64,000 nt of DNA from Candidatus Eiseniibacteriota bacterium (GCA_963744995.1 CAVUWA010000011.1:32001-96000); one strand, 5' to 3'. Shown: positions 10,101 to 20,190, counted from the first letter of the stretch. A program made the numbers and translations. The notes: generated by a model not told the origin, from the letters alone.

Positions 10101-10867
10101 AACACGCCGTCGAGCCCCAAGTGAGCGGAGTTGTAGAAGTCGACGCCGCGGTCGACCTTGAGCCACGTCTCGTTGAGCCAGCGGTAGCCGGCCGGGTCCA
10201 GCACCATGAGCAGCTTGTTCACGCGCGGATCCAGCCACGACGGCGACCACTCCCACAGGAAGAAACCGCACACGATCATCACGGCAACCGGCAGCACGAA
10301 CACCAGGATGGGCTTGCGCGACCACGTGCCGACCAGGAACGCGGTGCCGGCGAAGAACACGATGGGCGGCAGCCCGAACCACAGGGCCGGGATGACGTAG
10401 TTCGCGAGCTCGAACGGGCCGCGGATCTCCTTCGCCGCCGCGTTCGGCACGATGTGGTTGAAGAACATCATGAACATGAGATGCACGCCGAGCACGACCG
10501 CGAAGCTCACCAACACGGCGGCGAACTTGCCGTAGACGTACTCGCCCGGCCGGAGCGGCGTCGCGTGCAGCACCGGCCCCACCTTGAGGTCCTCGTCGCT
10601 GATCACGGACATGCCGGCGGCGACGGCGATGAAGAACCCGTAGAACAGCAGCACCACGAAGCTGAGCAGCATGCTCACCGAGAACTCCGAGGTGAGCCAC
10701 GCCCGCGTGCCGCCCACCACGCCCTCGCCCGACTGGATGGTCATGTGCCCGGTGGAGAGCCCCCACGAGGTGAGCGCGAGCACCAGCATGAAGATCCAGA
10801 ACAGCGGCCGCCCGGCGTTGTGCCTGAGGTCGAGCGCCGCGACGCGGAAGAAGCGCCCTGCGTTCAC
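7109..10867 (-). CDS. ABC transporter permease fused to M1-family (gluzincin) aminopeptidase domain
   Basis: GTG start overlaps stop of ABC ATPase; two ABC-2-like multi-TM halves followed by HESAH-X18-E zinc motif and YDKG; 1252 aa. Confidence 0.85.
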   Translation of the reverse strand: MNAGRFFRVAALDLRHNAGRPLFWIFMLVLALTSWGLSTGHMTIQSGEGVVGGTRAWLTSEFSVSMLLSFVVLLFYGFFIAVAAGMSVISDEDLKVGPVLHATPLRPGEYVYGKFAAVLVSFAVVLGVHLMFMMFFNHIVPNAAAKEIRGPFELANYVIPALWFGLPPIVFFAGTAFLVGTWSRKPILVFVLPVAVMIVCGFFLWEWSPSWLDPRVNKLLMVLDPAGYRWLNETWLKVDRGVDFYNSAHLGLDGVFLLNRLWLLVLGLGSAALAHWRFARQLRGEKLKARAVRAGQVEAALAAETAAVPAAATAAGEDGRSGLAALHMTGGAIGFMRGAWTVMRAELKELRSQPGLYLFVPLIMLQVIGQAFFNEGPFDTPLLHTAGTLAVATMNVVTVLVALLLLFYTVESMERERRSGLSAIFHATPIRTGAALLGKALANAVVAASILLAALAGCMLALAIQGRVPLDPRPFLLIWGAVVLTTFIVWTTFVMAVQALTRNRYTTYAIALAALIFTGYRQGVGKMNWVGNWDMWSTLQWSDMGVFEIDRVAILLNRLMWLGVAVFLIALTSRVFTRAERDMSKLGDRLRPSSLARAGMALAPYAIVPVVLGVILYMQVAGGPQGPAAEKARKDYWRRNVATWRGAKYPSIVNLDLDLTLDPAKHGVKSRGVFTLVNDHDFSMAQVPLTRGLHWKHMKWTMNGHAAMPEDRMGLMVFDTPGPLMPGDTMTIGFQFDGRYPDGITRNGGGMGEFILPSGVVLTSFTPSFVPVVGYMEDVGIDDKNRFDSKEWPVDFYVGRTDAAFGASDGMTSDIRVSGPAAYTYNSVGVKVSDRVEKGVRTTEWRTDHPVKFFNVVAGQWKVKEGHGTAIYYHAGHEYNLAEMSEALDAARQYYSEWFMPFPWARLKISEFPALATYAQGFPTDITFAESIGFLTKSDPRANLAFMVTAHESAHQWWGNILLPGEGPGGNVLSEGMAHFSTMLLFDQVKGEQQRIEFAKRIESRYGERRQKDAERPLVKIDGTKKGDTSVTYDKGGWVFWMLYNFMGRERALAGLQDFIRTYEVNPDHAVLEDFVAVMRKHAADPEAFDDFARQWFFEVVVPEYRILKADRVQASPPSAGAGEVPEPHWEVTLEIQNIGTGTMPVDVAAVRGERFPKKDAHAGAPAKTAAAAANAPDARVASVEAAGDAHAAGDAEAATVKQYHEARRTVTLGAREKQTVKIVCDFKPAKVLVDPDAKVLMLHRDQAVSEF

Positions 10868-11841
10868 GCGGCGCCTCCCGCGGGTGCGCCGGGACCCGCC
10901 ATGATCGCCTCGCGGGCGGTGAGCCCGGGCATGCCGGGCGCATGCGGCGCGCCGTTCCCGTTGCCGTTCGCACCTTCCGCACGCATCAGCAGCAGGTAGG
11001 CATCCTCGAGCGTCGCGCGCGTAGGCTCGAAGTCCGCGGGCGGCGCGCCTTCGGGAACGAACACCCGCGCGCGATGGCTGCCCTCGACCAGCACCGCCTG
11101 GATCACCGTGTGCGCGCCGCGCAGCGCGGCGAGCCCCGCCGCGTCCACCGCGCCTTCGTACACCCGGCCGTCGATCGCGCCGCGCGCTTCGCCCGGCGTC
11201 GTGAGCGCGACCAGCCGCCCGCCGCGGATCACCGCAAAGCGCGGGCACAGTACCGCGACGTCTTCGACGATGTGCGTGGAGAGCACGACGATCCGGTCCT
11301 CGGCGAGCTCGGCGAGCAGGTGGTAGAAGCGCAGCCGCTCTTCCGGATCGAGGCCCGCGGTGGGCTCGTCGACGATGATCAGCTCCGGGTCGCCGGCCAG
11401 CGCCTGCGCGATGCCGAGCCGCTGGCGCATGCCGCCCGAGTAGCCTTTCACCTTGCGTTTCGCCGCGAATGCCAGGTTCACGCGCTCGAGCAGATCGTCG
11501 ACCAGCTTCTTCGTGCCCCCGGGCGCGGTCACGCCCTTGAGCTCCAGCAGGTAGGTGAGCATCTGCGCGCCGGTCAGATGCGGGTAGAAGCCGAATTCCT
11601 GCGGCAGGTAGCCGAGCCGCGGCCAGAGCTGCTCGGGATGGTTCAGGATGTCGCGGCCGTTGAGCGTCGCCTCGCCCGAGGTGGGCTCGAGCAGTCCCGC
11701 AAGAATGTTCATCAGCGTGGACTTGCCCGCCCCGTTCGGGCCCAGCAGGCCGAACATGCCCTTCGGCACGTCGAGGTCCACGCCGCGCAGCGCGGCGACC
11801 GGGCCGGGGTAGATCTTCACGAGTCCGCGAACGGTGAGCAT
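10864..11841 (-). CDS. ABC transporter ATP-binding protein
   Basis: Walker A GPNGAGKST, signature YSGGMRQR, Walker B IIVDEP, H-loop STH; GGAGG RBS. Confidence 0.95.
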   Translation of the reverse strand: MLTVRGLVKIYPGPVAALRGVDLDVPKGMFGLLGPNGAGKSTLMNILAGLLEPTSGEATLNGRDILNHPEQLWPRLGYLPQEFGFYPHLTGAQMLTYLLELKGVTAPGGTKKLVDDLLERVNLAFAAKRKVKGYSGGMRQRLGIAQALAGDPELIIVDEPTAGLDPEERLRFYHLLAELAEDRIVVLSTHIVEDVAVLCPRFAVIRGGRLVALTTPGEARGAIDGRVYEGAVDAAGLAALRGAHTVIQAVLVEGSHRARVFVPEGAPPADFEPTRATLEDAYLLLMRAEGANGNGNGAPHAPGMPGLTAREAIMAGPGAPAGGAA

Positions 11842-12060
11842 GGGCAGCCTCCAGGGAAGGGCGGGGTCTTCTGTCGCTTGGTGCCCATCTTACGCGTGTC
11901 CGCGGTGGCTTGTTTCGACACGGCGGGCCTTTGGGACTCCAAATGGACGCTTTCGTCGGAAAGAACGGTCGCCCTGGCCGGATGCGGCCTTCGCGACGTG
12001 GCGGCCCGCGGGTATCCGCCGTCGCCACAGCCGCCTATGCCGGGGGCCCGGACGGCGACG

Positions 12061-12096
12061 CGAAAGGTGCGCGGGGTCCGCATGACCCCGCGCACC
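12061..12096 (-). terminator. Probable intrinsic terminator of the 12127..15144 gene
   Basis: Perfect 13-bp inverted repeat GGTGCGCGGGGTC/GACCCCGCGCACC (12066-12078, 12084-12096) followed on the minus strand by a short TTT. Confidence 0.55.
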
Positions 12097-12126
12097 GGGT
12101 TCCGGATGAAGCCTTCGCGCCGCGAA

Positions 12127-15100
12127 TCAGCGCACCATCACCGCCTTGCGGCTCACCGAGGTCGTGCCCTGCGTGAGACGCACCACGTAGATGCCGGGCG
12201 CGAGCCGCGTGTGGCGATCGAGCGTGACGCTTGCCCGTCCCGGACCCAGCTCCCCGACGTCTCGCGACAGGAGGCGCCGCCCCTGAAGATCCAGCACCTC
12301 GAGCGTCGCGGGCGCACGCGTGGGCAGTACGAACTCGATCGTGGCCACGTCGCGCGCCGGGTTCGGTACGAAGCCGGACAGCGCGAGCGCGAGCCGCGCC
12401 GGCACGACGATGCTCGTCTCCGCCGCGCTCCTCCAGACGCCGTCGTCGAGGAAGGTCAGCCGGTAGTCGTAACGAACGCCGGGCGCGACGTCGGTGTCTG
12501 AATAGCGGATCATGCCGGACGCATCCGCGTGCGTCTGCGCGACCGGCGTCCAGGCGCCGCCCTCGCTGCGACGCTCCACCGCGACCGCCAGCGCCGATGA
12601 AGACGTGTACCAGGTCAGCTCGACCCGGTCGGCGTTGGCGTCGGCGCTCAGCAGCGAGAGCTGCACGGCCGTCGGTTGGTCGCACGGGTTCTCGATCGAG
12701 ACCCCGGTGTTGATGTCGCGCAGGCAGTCGATGATCTGTTGGTAGGCAAGCTGCACCGCGGGATCCGTGAGCGACTGGTCTTCGAGCAGCAGCAGCTGCG
12801 TGTCGGCGCCGGGGCCCGAATACGGCGCGAAGGCGAACAACATGCGATCCCCATCGTCGATCACGTCCGAGGTCGAGCGCTTCGCGGCCCACAGGGCGTA
12901 CAGGATCGGCATCGGCACGACGTCGAGCGCGTCGTCCACCTCGAACGGTGTCTTCGGCGTGTCGCTGTAAGGCGTATTCAGCAGATACAGATACTCGCGA
13001 CCGCCGTCGAAGGACGCGTCCGGCGCCCAGGTCGAGTCGAACGTCGCGGTCTGCGCCCCGGGCGGCTGGATCGTCCCGAAGGCATCCGTCACCGTGCGCT
13101 CGACGAACGCGACGTCGAGCTGCACGTCGTGGACGGTGTCCCATACCTGGAACGGCACCTCGTGGAAGCCGCCGTAGCGATACTCGCGGCCGCCCGCGGG
13201 CGAAGAGCCGTCCGCCATCTGCAATCTGAGATAGCGGTAGGCCCTCTGGGTCGCGGTATGGCTGAAGCGCACCTCGACCGTGGCGAACGAGTCGCGCTGC
13301 GTCGCCGGATTGAGCGAGCCGCCCCAGAAGTTCCAGCCGAAGTCGGCGCCCCCGAAGAACGACGCGCCCCCCCAGTTGAGGCCGGTGAGCGCGCGGCGGT
13401 GCGTCGGGTCGTCGTTCTCGTAGGTCACGTCGAGGGCCGGGTGCGGGCTCCCGGTCTGGACCAGCTGACCGAGCGTGGTCGCGGTGACGCCGGGGCAGAG
13501 CACCGGCATGCCCTCGAGCAGCCGGATCGGTGATCCGCTCGGTGGCACGATGCCGAGCTGCCCGGCCGCCCAGTTGGCGAGCAGCGCGGCGAATTCCGTC
13601 TTCGCCTGTGTGCGCAGACCGACCGGTCCGGGCGGGCTGAGGGTCGCGCAGAACGAAGCCGCCTCCGTGCCGCCCGCCCAGTCGAAGAGCAGCGACTGGG
13701 TGCCGGCCAGCGTCGCGATGCTCGTGAGCTGCGCGGGCGTCAGCTCGCCCGTGGATGGCGGGCACTGGCTCGCCCAGTAGGCGACCGGGCGCGGGCAGTT
13801 CGTCGCAGGCGGCGGTGGCGGCGACCCTGTCGTGCCGCTCCTGAGCAGATTCACGTTCGCCTTCAGCGCGGAGATCGACGCGAGCCGGTTCGTTCCCTGG
13901 CCGAGCACGATGGCGAACTCGACATTCTGCGTATCACCGGGCGCCATGCTGAACGGACCGCTCGAGAGCATCATCCGCCGATCGGCCGGGTTCGCGTCGA
14001 GCCAGCCGGTTCCCTGCGTCGGATCTCCGTCGAACACGAACGTTTTCACCGTGTTCGTCGTCGGATCGATCTGCGGAGTCCCGTCGATGTTCAGTCCCTG
14101 CATGTAGGCGTACGTCTCGCCCCGCGCCGCCGGATCCGTGCCGTCGATGTACCGGACGGCCGATGTGGCCGGAATCGTATCGCCGAGCGCATTCTTCGGC
14201 CCTTCGAGCAGCACGGCACCGACCGCCGGCGGGGACGATCCATAGACGAGGTCGGCATTGTTCGCGTTGTAGGCGTAGACCATGCCGAGCCCGGGATCGC
14301 TGCCGACGAGATCGTCCGTCGCCCCGCCCACGTCGGGATCCACCCACATGGACACGTACATGTCGGAGAGCTGCTGCGCGCCCTTGTTGATGATCCGGTA
14401 TCGCGCGAAGGCGGTCTGCCCCGGCGCGCCCGACTGGTTCACCCCGGTCACCGCGTGCTGGACCTCGACGCCCAGGGGCGTCGAACCGCCTGCGTCGTTC
14501 GTGTGATTCGCGGGATCGGCGTCGTTGAACACCGCCCACAGCATCTGGTCGCCGGCGACGTCGGGTCCCGGGACCTGGATCGTGGCGTTGGCATCGTTGG
14601 GATCGGGCAGATCCCACATGCGCACGGGGGCGCCGTAGGGCGCGGCGCCGGCCATGTACTCGGACCAACCGTGGTGTTCGAGCGGATCCTCGAGCGGTCC
14701 CGGCGAAGTACGGTCGACGTGTGCCGTATCCGCCGGGTTTCCCGTCCACGGCTTCACCTTGTACACGTGGTACTGCGGCAGCGCGGGATCGCTGAACGTG
14801 CCGCCGACCATCGCGCCGGGCCCGAATTCCTGCGAGTACTCGGCCACGACGGTACGTGTTTCGCCGTTCACGCGCGCCCCGAGCCAGAGGCCCGCCGCGA
14901 AGACTGCGGTGTGGCCCGAGCCCTTCGGGAATTCCAGGCCGGAATTCCCCGTGTAGAGGTCCCACGCGAAGGAGCCGTAGTTCGTCATCCACATGTTCAG
15001 TTCATTCACGTCGAAGCGGCGCAGCAGATCGTATGAATTCGGGCTCTGCACGGAAGCGGCGGACGGGCGGCGGACGGCACCGGCCGGGGCGGCGAGCACC

Positions 15101-15144
15101 GCGAGAAGCGCGAGCGCGACGAGAGACCGGAAGGCGGGGCGCAT
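12127..15144 (-). CDS. Large secreted protein with C-terminal T9SS-like sorting domain, function unknown
   Basis: GGAGG then ATG at 15144; signal peptide MRPAFRSLVALALLAVLAAPAGA; C-terminus VPNPA...VLDLQGR...PGIYVVRL...RKAVMVR; 1005 aa. Confidence 0.8.
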   Translation of the reverse strand: MRPAFRSLVALALLAVLAAPAGAVRRPSAASVQSPNSYDLLRRFDVNELNMWMTNYGSFAWDLYTGNSGLEFPKGSGHTAVFAAGLWLGARVNGETRTVVAEYSQEFGPGAMVGGTFSDPALPQYHVYKVKPWTGNPADTAHVDRTSPGPLEDPLEHHGWSEYMAGAAPYGAPVRMWDLPDPNDANATIQVPGPDVAGDQMLWAVFNDADPANHTNDAGGSTPLGVEVQHAVTGVNQSGAPGQTAFARYRIINKGAQQLSDMYVSMWVDPDVGGATDDLVGSDPGLGMVYAYNANNADLVYGSSPPAVGAVLLEGPKNALGDTIPATSAVRYIDGTDPAARGETYAYMQGLNIDGTPQIDPTTNTVKTFVFDGDPTQGTGWLDANPADRRMMLSSGPFSMAPGDTQNVEFAIVLGQGTNRLASISALKANVNLLRSGTTGSPPPPPATNCPRPVAYWASQCPPSTGELTPAQLTSIATLAGTQSLLFDWAGGTEAASFCATLSPPGPVGLRTQAKTEFAALLANWAAGQLGIVPPSGSPIRLLEGMPVLCPGVTATTLGQLVQTGSPHPALDVTYENDDPTHRRALTGLNWGGASFFGGADFGWNFWGGSLNPATQRDSFATVEVRFSHTATQRAYRYLRLQMADGSSPAGGREYRYGGFHEVPFQVWDTVHDVQLDVAFVERTVTDAFGTIQPPGAQTATFDSTWAPDASFDGGREYLYLLNTPYSDTPKTPFEVDDALDVVPMPILYALWAAKRSTSDVIDDGDRMLFAFAPYSGPGADTQLLLLEDQSLTDPAVQLAYQQIIDCLRDINTGVSIENPCDQPTAVQLSLLSADANADRVELTWYTSSSALAVAVERRSEGGAWTPVAQTHADASGMIRYSDTDVAPGVRYDYRLTFLDDGVWRSAAETSIVVPARLALALSGFVPNPARDVATIEFVLPTRAPATLEVLDLQGRRLLSRDVGELGPGRASVTLDRHTRLAPGIYVVRLTQGTTSVSRKAVMVR

Positions 15145-15359
15145 TCGACCTCCAACTGGGTCCAGCGCAGCGGGGAGCAGACGAGGAAGCACCGCAGAGA
15201 ATACCGCTCTCGCCCGCGCCGATGGATGGAATTTTCACGCATGCCGTTCGTCGGCCCGGTCATCCGGCGCAACGCCGCGTCGCCCCTGTGTTACCCTCCC
15301 GCCCCGATAATCGCTTTCACCCGAAGGCACTGGCCGTTCACGCCGAACCCGGACTCCCC

Positions 15360-17288
15360 ATGAGCGCTTCCATCAAGATCGCCAACGCAGGCGGCTACTG
15401 GGGCGATGATCTGCGCCAGTTCAAGCGCCAGATCGAACTCGCCCCCATCGACTTCGTGACCCTCGACTTCCTCGCCGAGATCACGATGTCGATCATGCAG
15501 AAGCAGCGTGCACGCGACCCGCGCGCGGGCTATGCGCGCGACTTCGTGCAGATGGTCGAGGAGGCGCTGCCTGCGATGATCGAGAACGGCACGCGCGCGA
15601 TCTCGAATGCCGGCGGGGTGAATCCGCTCGCCTGCCGCGCGGCGCTGATCGAGATGGCGCAGCAGCACGGCCAGGACATCGAAGTCGCCGCCGTCACGGG
15701 CGACGACCTCATGGGCCGCCTCGGCGAACTGAATGCGTCGGGCGTGACGCTCGACAACATGGACGACGGCGCGAAGTTCGCCGCCATCCGCGAGCGGGTC
15801 TCGTCGGCGAACGCCTACTACGGCGCGTGGCCGGTGGTCGAAGCCCTCGAGGCCGGCGCACGCATCGTCGTCACCGGCCGCTGCACCGACACCGGCATCA
15901 CGCTGGCGCCGATGATCCACGCCTTCAACTGGGCGCCCGACGACTGGGACCGCCTCGCCGCGGGCATCGTCGCCGGGCACATCGTGGAGTGCGGGGCGCA
16001 GTCGACGGGCGGCAACTTCAGCGACTGGCGCACCGTGCCGCGCTTCCACGAGATCGGTTATCCGGTGCTCGAGGTGTTCGAAGACGGCTCGTTCATCGTC
16101 ACCAAGCAGCCCGGCACCGGCGGACGGGTCTCGCTGCGTACGGTGAAGGAGCAGCTCGTCTACGAAATGGGCGACCCGCGCAGCTACATCACGCCCGACG
16201 TCGTCGCCGACTTCGCGAGCGCGAAGCTCGAGCAGGCCGGGAAGGACCGGGTGCGCGTGTGGGACATCAAAGGGCGCCCCGCGCCGACGTCGCTCAAGGT
16301 GTCGGCGTCGTACTTCGACGGCTGGAAGGCCGCCGGCACGCTGATCATCTCGGCGCCGGACGCGGTGGACAAGGCGAATGCCTTCGCGCAGCTGTTCTGG
16401 AAGCGGCTCGGCCTCGAGTTCACCGAGACGCGCACGGAGCGGATCGGCCACTCGGCGTGCTGGGGACCGCTCGCGCCGCCGGTCGAGCCACCCGAGATCC
16501 TGCTGCGCCTCGCCGTGCGCGACGCCGACAAAGGCAAGATCGCCGAGTTCGCGAAGATGCTGCCGGCGGTGATCCTGTCCGGGCCGCCCGGCGTCGCAGT
16601 GACCGGCGGCCGTCCGCCCGCGCAGGAGGTCGTCGCCTACTGGCCCGCGCTCGTGCCGCGCGATCGCGTGAAGCCGACGCTGGTGACGCGCGAGGGGGAG
16701 CGCGTGCTCGACTGGCCGACGCCGCCCCGCGAAATGGAGCCGCCGCCGCCGTTGCCGCGCATGAGCTGGCCCGTGCCGGTCTCCGGCGCTTCGAAGCGCA
16801 TGGTGACGGTGCCGCTTTCGAAACTCACGCACGCGCGCAGCGGCGACAAGGGCGACACCTGCAACATCGGCGTGATCGCGCGCGCGCCGGAGATCTATCC
16901 GTGGATGAAGAAGGCGCTGACGGCGACGATCGTGAAGCGCTGGTTCCGCGGCATCTGCAAAGGGAAGGTCGAGCGCCACGAGGTGCCGAACCTCGGCGCG
17001 TTGAACTTCCTGCTGCACGAGTGCCTGGGCGGCGGCGGAACCGTGTCGCTGCGCATCGACGCGCAGGGCAAGACGCTGTCGCACGCGCTGCTCACGATGA
17101 AGGTCACCGTGCCACAGGCGCTGGTGAAAGCGGCCGAACGCGGCGATGCGGAAGACGGTTCGATGCCGAAGGCCGAGGCGGCACGGCCGGCCCGGCCCGC
17201 GCGGAAGGCGGCGGGCGCGACGTCTCCCCGCGGGCGCTCGAATTCGGCGCGCGGCGGGCGCGGCGGGAAGAAGCGCCGGCGGCGCTGA
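15360..17288 (+). CDS. Acyclic terpene utilization AtuA-family protein (DUF1446 plus C-terminal AtuA ferredoxin-like domain)
   Basis: N-terminal IANAGGYWGD, DFLAEITM, GHIVECGAQSTGGNF, KEQLVYE; C-terminal HARSGDKGD...LGGGG...DAQGKT. Confidence 0.85.
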   Translation: MSASIKIANAGGYWGDDLRQFKRQIELAPIDFVTLDFLAEITMSIMQKQRARDPRAGYARDFVQMVEEALPAMIENGTRAISNAGGVNPLACRAALIEMAQQHGQDIEVAAVTGDDLMGRLGELNASGVTLDNMDDGAKFAAIRERVSSANAYYGAWPVVEALEAGARIVVTGRCTDTGITLAPMIHAFNWAPDDWDRLAAGIVAGHIVECGAQSTGGNFSDWRTVPRFHEIGYPVLEVFEDGSFIVTKQPGTGGRVSLRTVKEQLVYEMGDPRSYITPDVVADFASAKLEQAGKDRVRVWDIKGRPAPTSLKVSASYFDGWKAAGTLIISAPDAVDKANAFAQLFWKRLGLEFTETRTERIGHSACWGPLAPPVEPPEILLRLAVRDADKGKIAEFAKMLPAVILSGPPGVAVTGGRPPAQEVVAYWPALVPRDRVKPTLVTREGERVLDWPTPPREMEPPPPLPRMSWPVPVSGASKRMVTVPLSKLTHARSGDKGDTCNIGVIARAPEIYPWMKKALTATIVKRWFRGICKGKVERHEVPNLGALNFLLHECLGGGGTVSLRIDAQGKTLSHALLTMKVTVPQALVKAAERGDAEDGSMPKAEAARPARPARKAAGATSPRGRSNSARGGRGGKKRRRR

Positions 17289-17363
17289 TCGCAGCACCCC
17301 GCACGATGGATTCCTGATACCGCACCGAGCCGCTCAACGCCGTGCGCCGCGGCCGCACGGACT

Positions 17364-19643
17364 TCAGCGGATGTCCAGCGACTGACGCTCCCCGGCGGTC
17401 ATGGGGCGCCTCAGGATCTCCCGCACGGCGGCCTCGAGCACCTCGTCCCGGCCCGCGCGGAGGCCCGCGATCGTAGGCCGCACCTCGACGTCGGGCACGA
17501 TGCCGACGCGCTGCGTCGGGCGCCGGTCGGGATAGAAGACGCCGATGCCGCTCATCGTCCCGCGGAGGCCCCCGGGCAGTGAGATGCGCGAGATGTTGCC
17601 GTCCGCGCCCGCCGTCCTGCTGCCGACGATCCGCGCGCCGGCCGCACGGAACGCCATCGTCGTGTACTCGGACTGGCTCATGGACGCCTCGTCGACGAGC
17701 ACGGCGACCCGTGCGTCGATGTGCGGTTCCGCCGGCACCAGGGCAATGGACGGCGTCCAGGCGAACGCGCCCGGATTGGCGGGATCGGCCCGCGTGAAGC
17801 ACGCGAAGTCCGTCAGGGTCGAAACGAGATGTTGTCCGAGCGTGAACACCATGAAGTCGGACGGGTAGTCGCGGAGGTCGATGATCAGCCCCTTCGCGCC
17901 GGCGACGCCCGAGAGGTACGTGCTCACCTCGGCCCGCCGGACCGAGGACAGCGTCAGGTACGCGAGGTCTGTGCTCAGGCGGCGGAACGCGGGACCGGGA
18001 TGATCGTGGTTCCATCCGACGCGGGCATTCAGCTCGGCGAGCGGGATGCGATCAGCCGTGAGCCGCAAGGTCCGATCGCCCCGCACGATCGACACCCGGG
18101 CCGTGGTGGAATCGCCGCGCAGCAGCACCGCGGCCAGAACCTGGCGAAACGCCCACGCGTTGGACACCCCGTACCAGGGCCTGCACCGCGCAGCGATCGA
18201 GCCCACCGGCACGCCGTCCACGGCCTCGACGATGTCGCCGACCCGGAGCCCCGTGGCCGGCCCGAGCTCCGGATGCCAGTAGCCCGTCACGACCGCCTTC
18301 CCTTCGACGAACCTCACGACCACCGGCACCGCGCGGTCACCCGCGGGCGGCACCACGAGCGCGGCGCTCCAGAGATTGGCGTGGCCGTCGTGGACCCGTG
18401 CGAAGACGCCCGCCATCGCCAGGGCGTAGTCGTCCTTGCGGGTCGCTGCGGCAACCTCGGGAATGGCGTGTTTCAGCACGGCGTCCCAGTCCTCGTTCAT
18501 CACCTCGCGGTACGGAGACCAGTACTCGACGAAGTTCCAGAATCTGAACAACGCGAGCAGCCGGTAGCCGGGGTCGGGAAAGCCTTCCGGCATGTAGGGC
18601 GCCTCTTCCGAGAAATCCGGGTTGCCCACCTCCGGCACGAAATCGACGTAGAACTGATCGCCCGTCGCCGGTCGCCTGGCATAGATGGTCCGCAGCGTGG
18701 CGGATAGATCACGACCCAGGAACGCCTCGTTCGCCAGCCAGGTCAGTTGCGGGCGCATCGCGACACTGTCGGGCAGTTGCGCGCAGGTCGTGCAATCGGG
18801 CACATCGCCCAGGGACGCCGCCCAGCGCGCCACCGTGCGCCGGGCAGCAGATGCATCCTTCGCCGCGAGCACCCGCGGCATCACCCGAAACAGGTCGTAG
18901 TCGAAGTGCCGCCTCCCGGCCACGATCGCGGGATGATGGTACTTGAGGAATCCCCAGACCTTCGCCAGCAGCGCGAGATTCCCGATCTGGGTCGCCGTCA
19001 GCGTGGTGTCCTCGATGCCCGAGCCGGCGTTGAACGCCCGATCGCGGTCGAACACCGTGAGGTGCGGTACGGCTTCCGGAGCTTCCGCCATCGGCCGCCC
19101 GTCGACGAGCAGTTCGAGATCATCGACCCACACCATCCCTGATCCGGAGAGCAGCGTCCCCAGCTGGATCGTGCGCGCGCGCCGATCCAGCGGCAGCGTG
19201 ATCCGGTATTCGGTCCAGTCGGTGGATCCGGTGATCGGGCGATCCTGCATGTTGTCGAACGCCCGGACGTCGCCGCGGCCATCGAGGCGCATCCACAGAC
19301 CGGCCGTCCCCCTCGAGATCGTGGCCTTCACCCAGCCGACCAGCGCCACGGAATCACCCGAGAAGTCCACGGGAAGCCGGATCGCGAACGAAGAAAACGT
19401 CGATGGGCTGGTCGTGGTTCGTTCGATGCGCCCGGCGTAGCGTCCGCCGTGCACCTCGACGCTGTCGATGAACAGCGTTTCGGCGGGACCGGATGGGCGG
19501 CCGTCCCAGGCGTCGAGCGATCCGGTCGCGCCGCAGGATTCGAAGGACAGGGCGCCGCTGTGATCGTCACGGGCGGCGCTTTGCGGCGCGCAGGAGGCGA
19601 ACACCAGAAACAACGGGACTATCGGCCACAGGGGTCGGGACAT
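17364..19643 (-). CDS. S41-family peptidase, probable lipoprotein
   Basis: Lipobox-like LVFASC; N-terminal carbohydrate-binding-like domain; WGFLKYHHP, DGHA, PDZ-like GLRVGDIV, IIDLRDYP, SMSQSE, TAGADGN, QRVGIVPD. Confidence 0.85.
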   Translation of the reverse strand: MSRPLWPIVPLFLVFASCAPQSAARDDHSGALSFESCGATGSLDAWDGRPSGPAETLFIDSVEVHGGRYAGRIERTTTSPSTFSSFAIRLPVDFSGDSVALVGWVKATISRGTAGLWMRLDGRGDVRAFDNMQDRPITGSTDWTEYRITLPLDRRARTIQLGTLLSGSGMVWVDDLELLVDGRPMAEAPEAVPHLTVFDRDRAFNAGSGIEDTTLTATQIGNLALLAKVWGFLKYHHPAIVAGRRHFDYDLFRVMPRVLAAKDASAARRTVARWAASLGDVPDCTTCAQLPDSVAMRPQLTWLANEAFLGRDLSATLRTIYARRPATGDQFYVDFVPEVGNPDFSEEAPYMPEGFPDPGYRLLALFRFWNFVEYWSPYREVMNEDWDAVLKHAIPEVAAATRKDDYALAMAGVFARVHDGHANLWSAALVVPPAGDRAVPVVVRFVEGKAVVTGYWHPELGPATGLRVGDIVEAVDGVPVGSIAARCRPWYGVSNAWAFRQVLAAVLLRGDSTTARVSIVRGDRTLRLTADRIPLAELNARVGWNHDHPGPAFRRLSTDLAYLTLSSVRRAEVSTYLSGVAGAKGLIIDLRDYPSDFMVFTLGQHLVSTLTDFACFTRADPANPGAFAWTPSIALVPAEPHIDARVAVLVDEASMSQSEYTTMAFRAAGARIVGSRTAGADGNISRISLPGGLRGTMSGIGVFYPDRRPTQRVGIVPDVEVRPTIAGLRAGRDEVLEAAVREILRRPMTAGERQSLDIR

Positions 19644-19850
19644 GATGACAGCCTCGCGCATGCCTTGGACGATCCGACAATGAACCGATCGCCCGGAGCG
19701 TACACGAGGGGCCGCGTTCTGCCTCACCTTCGCCCTGCGCGAAGCCCCGGCAACGAACGAGGGAGCGGTTTTCACCGCCCCCTTCGCTCGCGCCCGGGCG
19801 CTGCTCCCGGGCTGCGCGCGGCCCGCGCGTCGTGTGCGGCCCCGTTTCGA

Positions 19851-20141
19851 TCAGTAGTCGTTGCCGGGGCTCATCTGCCGAATCGGCAGCTGCAGCCAGC
19901 CCCAGTCGTCGGGGAGCAGGTACATCACCGGCTTGATGACGTCGAGTCCGACACGGCGCAGCGTGGCGAGCCCGTCGCCCACCTGATGGTTGGCGCCGAT
20001 GCCGTCGGCCTCCACCGCGTCGTCGACCGGCATCCGGATCCCCATTCCGAGTCGCGCATCCGCCCTGCCTGCGGTGCCCACCGACAGTGCTGCGGCCATC
20101 ACGGCGGCCGCGGCCCACATGGTCCAGTGATTCCGGTTCAT
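19851..20141 (-). CDS. Small exported hypothetical protein (96 aa)
   Basis: AGGAGG RBS before ATG at 20141; signal peptide ending ADA. Confidence 0.6.
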   Translation of the reverse strand: MNRNHWTMWAAAAVMAAALSVGTAGRADARLGMGIRMPVDDAVEADGIGANHQVGDGLATLRRVGLDVIKPVMYLLPDDWGWLQLPIRQMSPGNDY

Positions 20142-20190
20142 GACGTCCCTCCTCTCGCGTGCGGCTGAACTGCGAACGCGGGAGTGATCT

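Noticed and set aside
6722..10999. 1425-aa plus-strand ORF and other long alternative-frame ORFs (7302..10982, 55984..58425, 58278..60608, 482..2815)
   Set aside because: Shadow ORFs of high-GC codon usage: Arg/Ala/Gly-rich, no motifs, and fully overlapping well-supported genes
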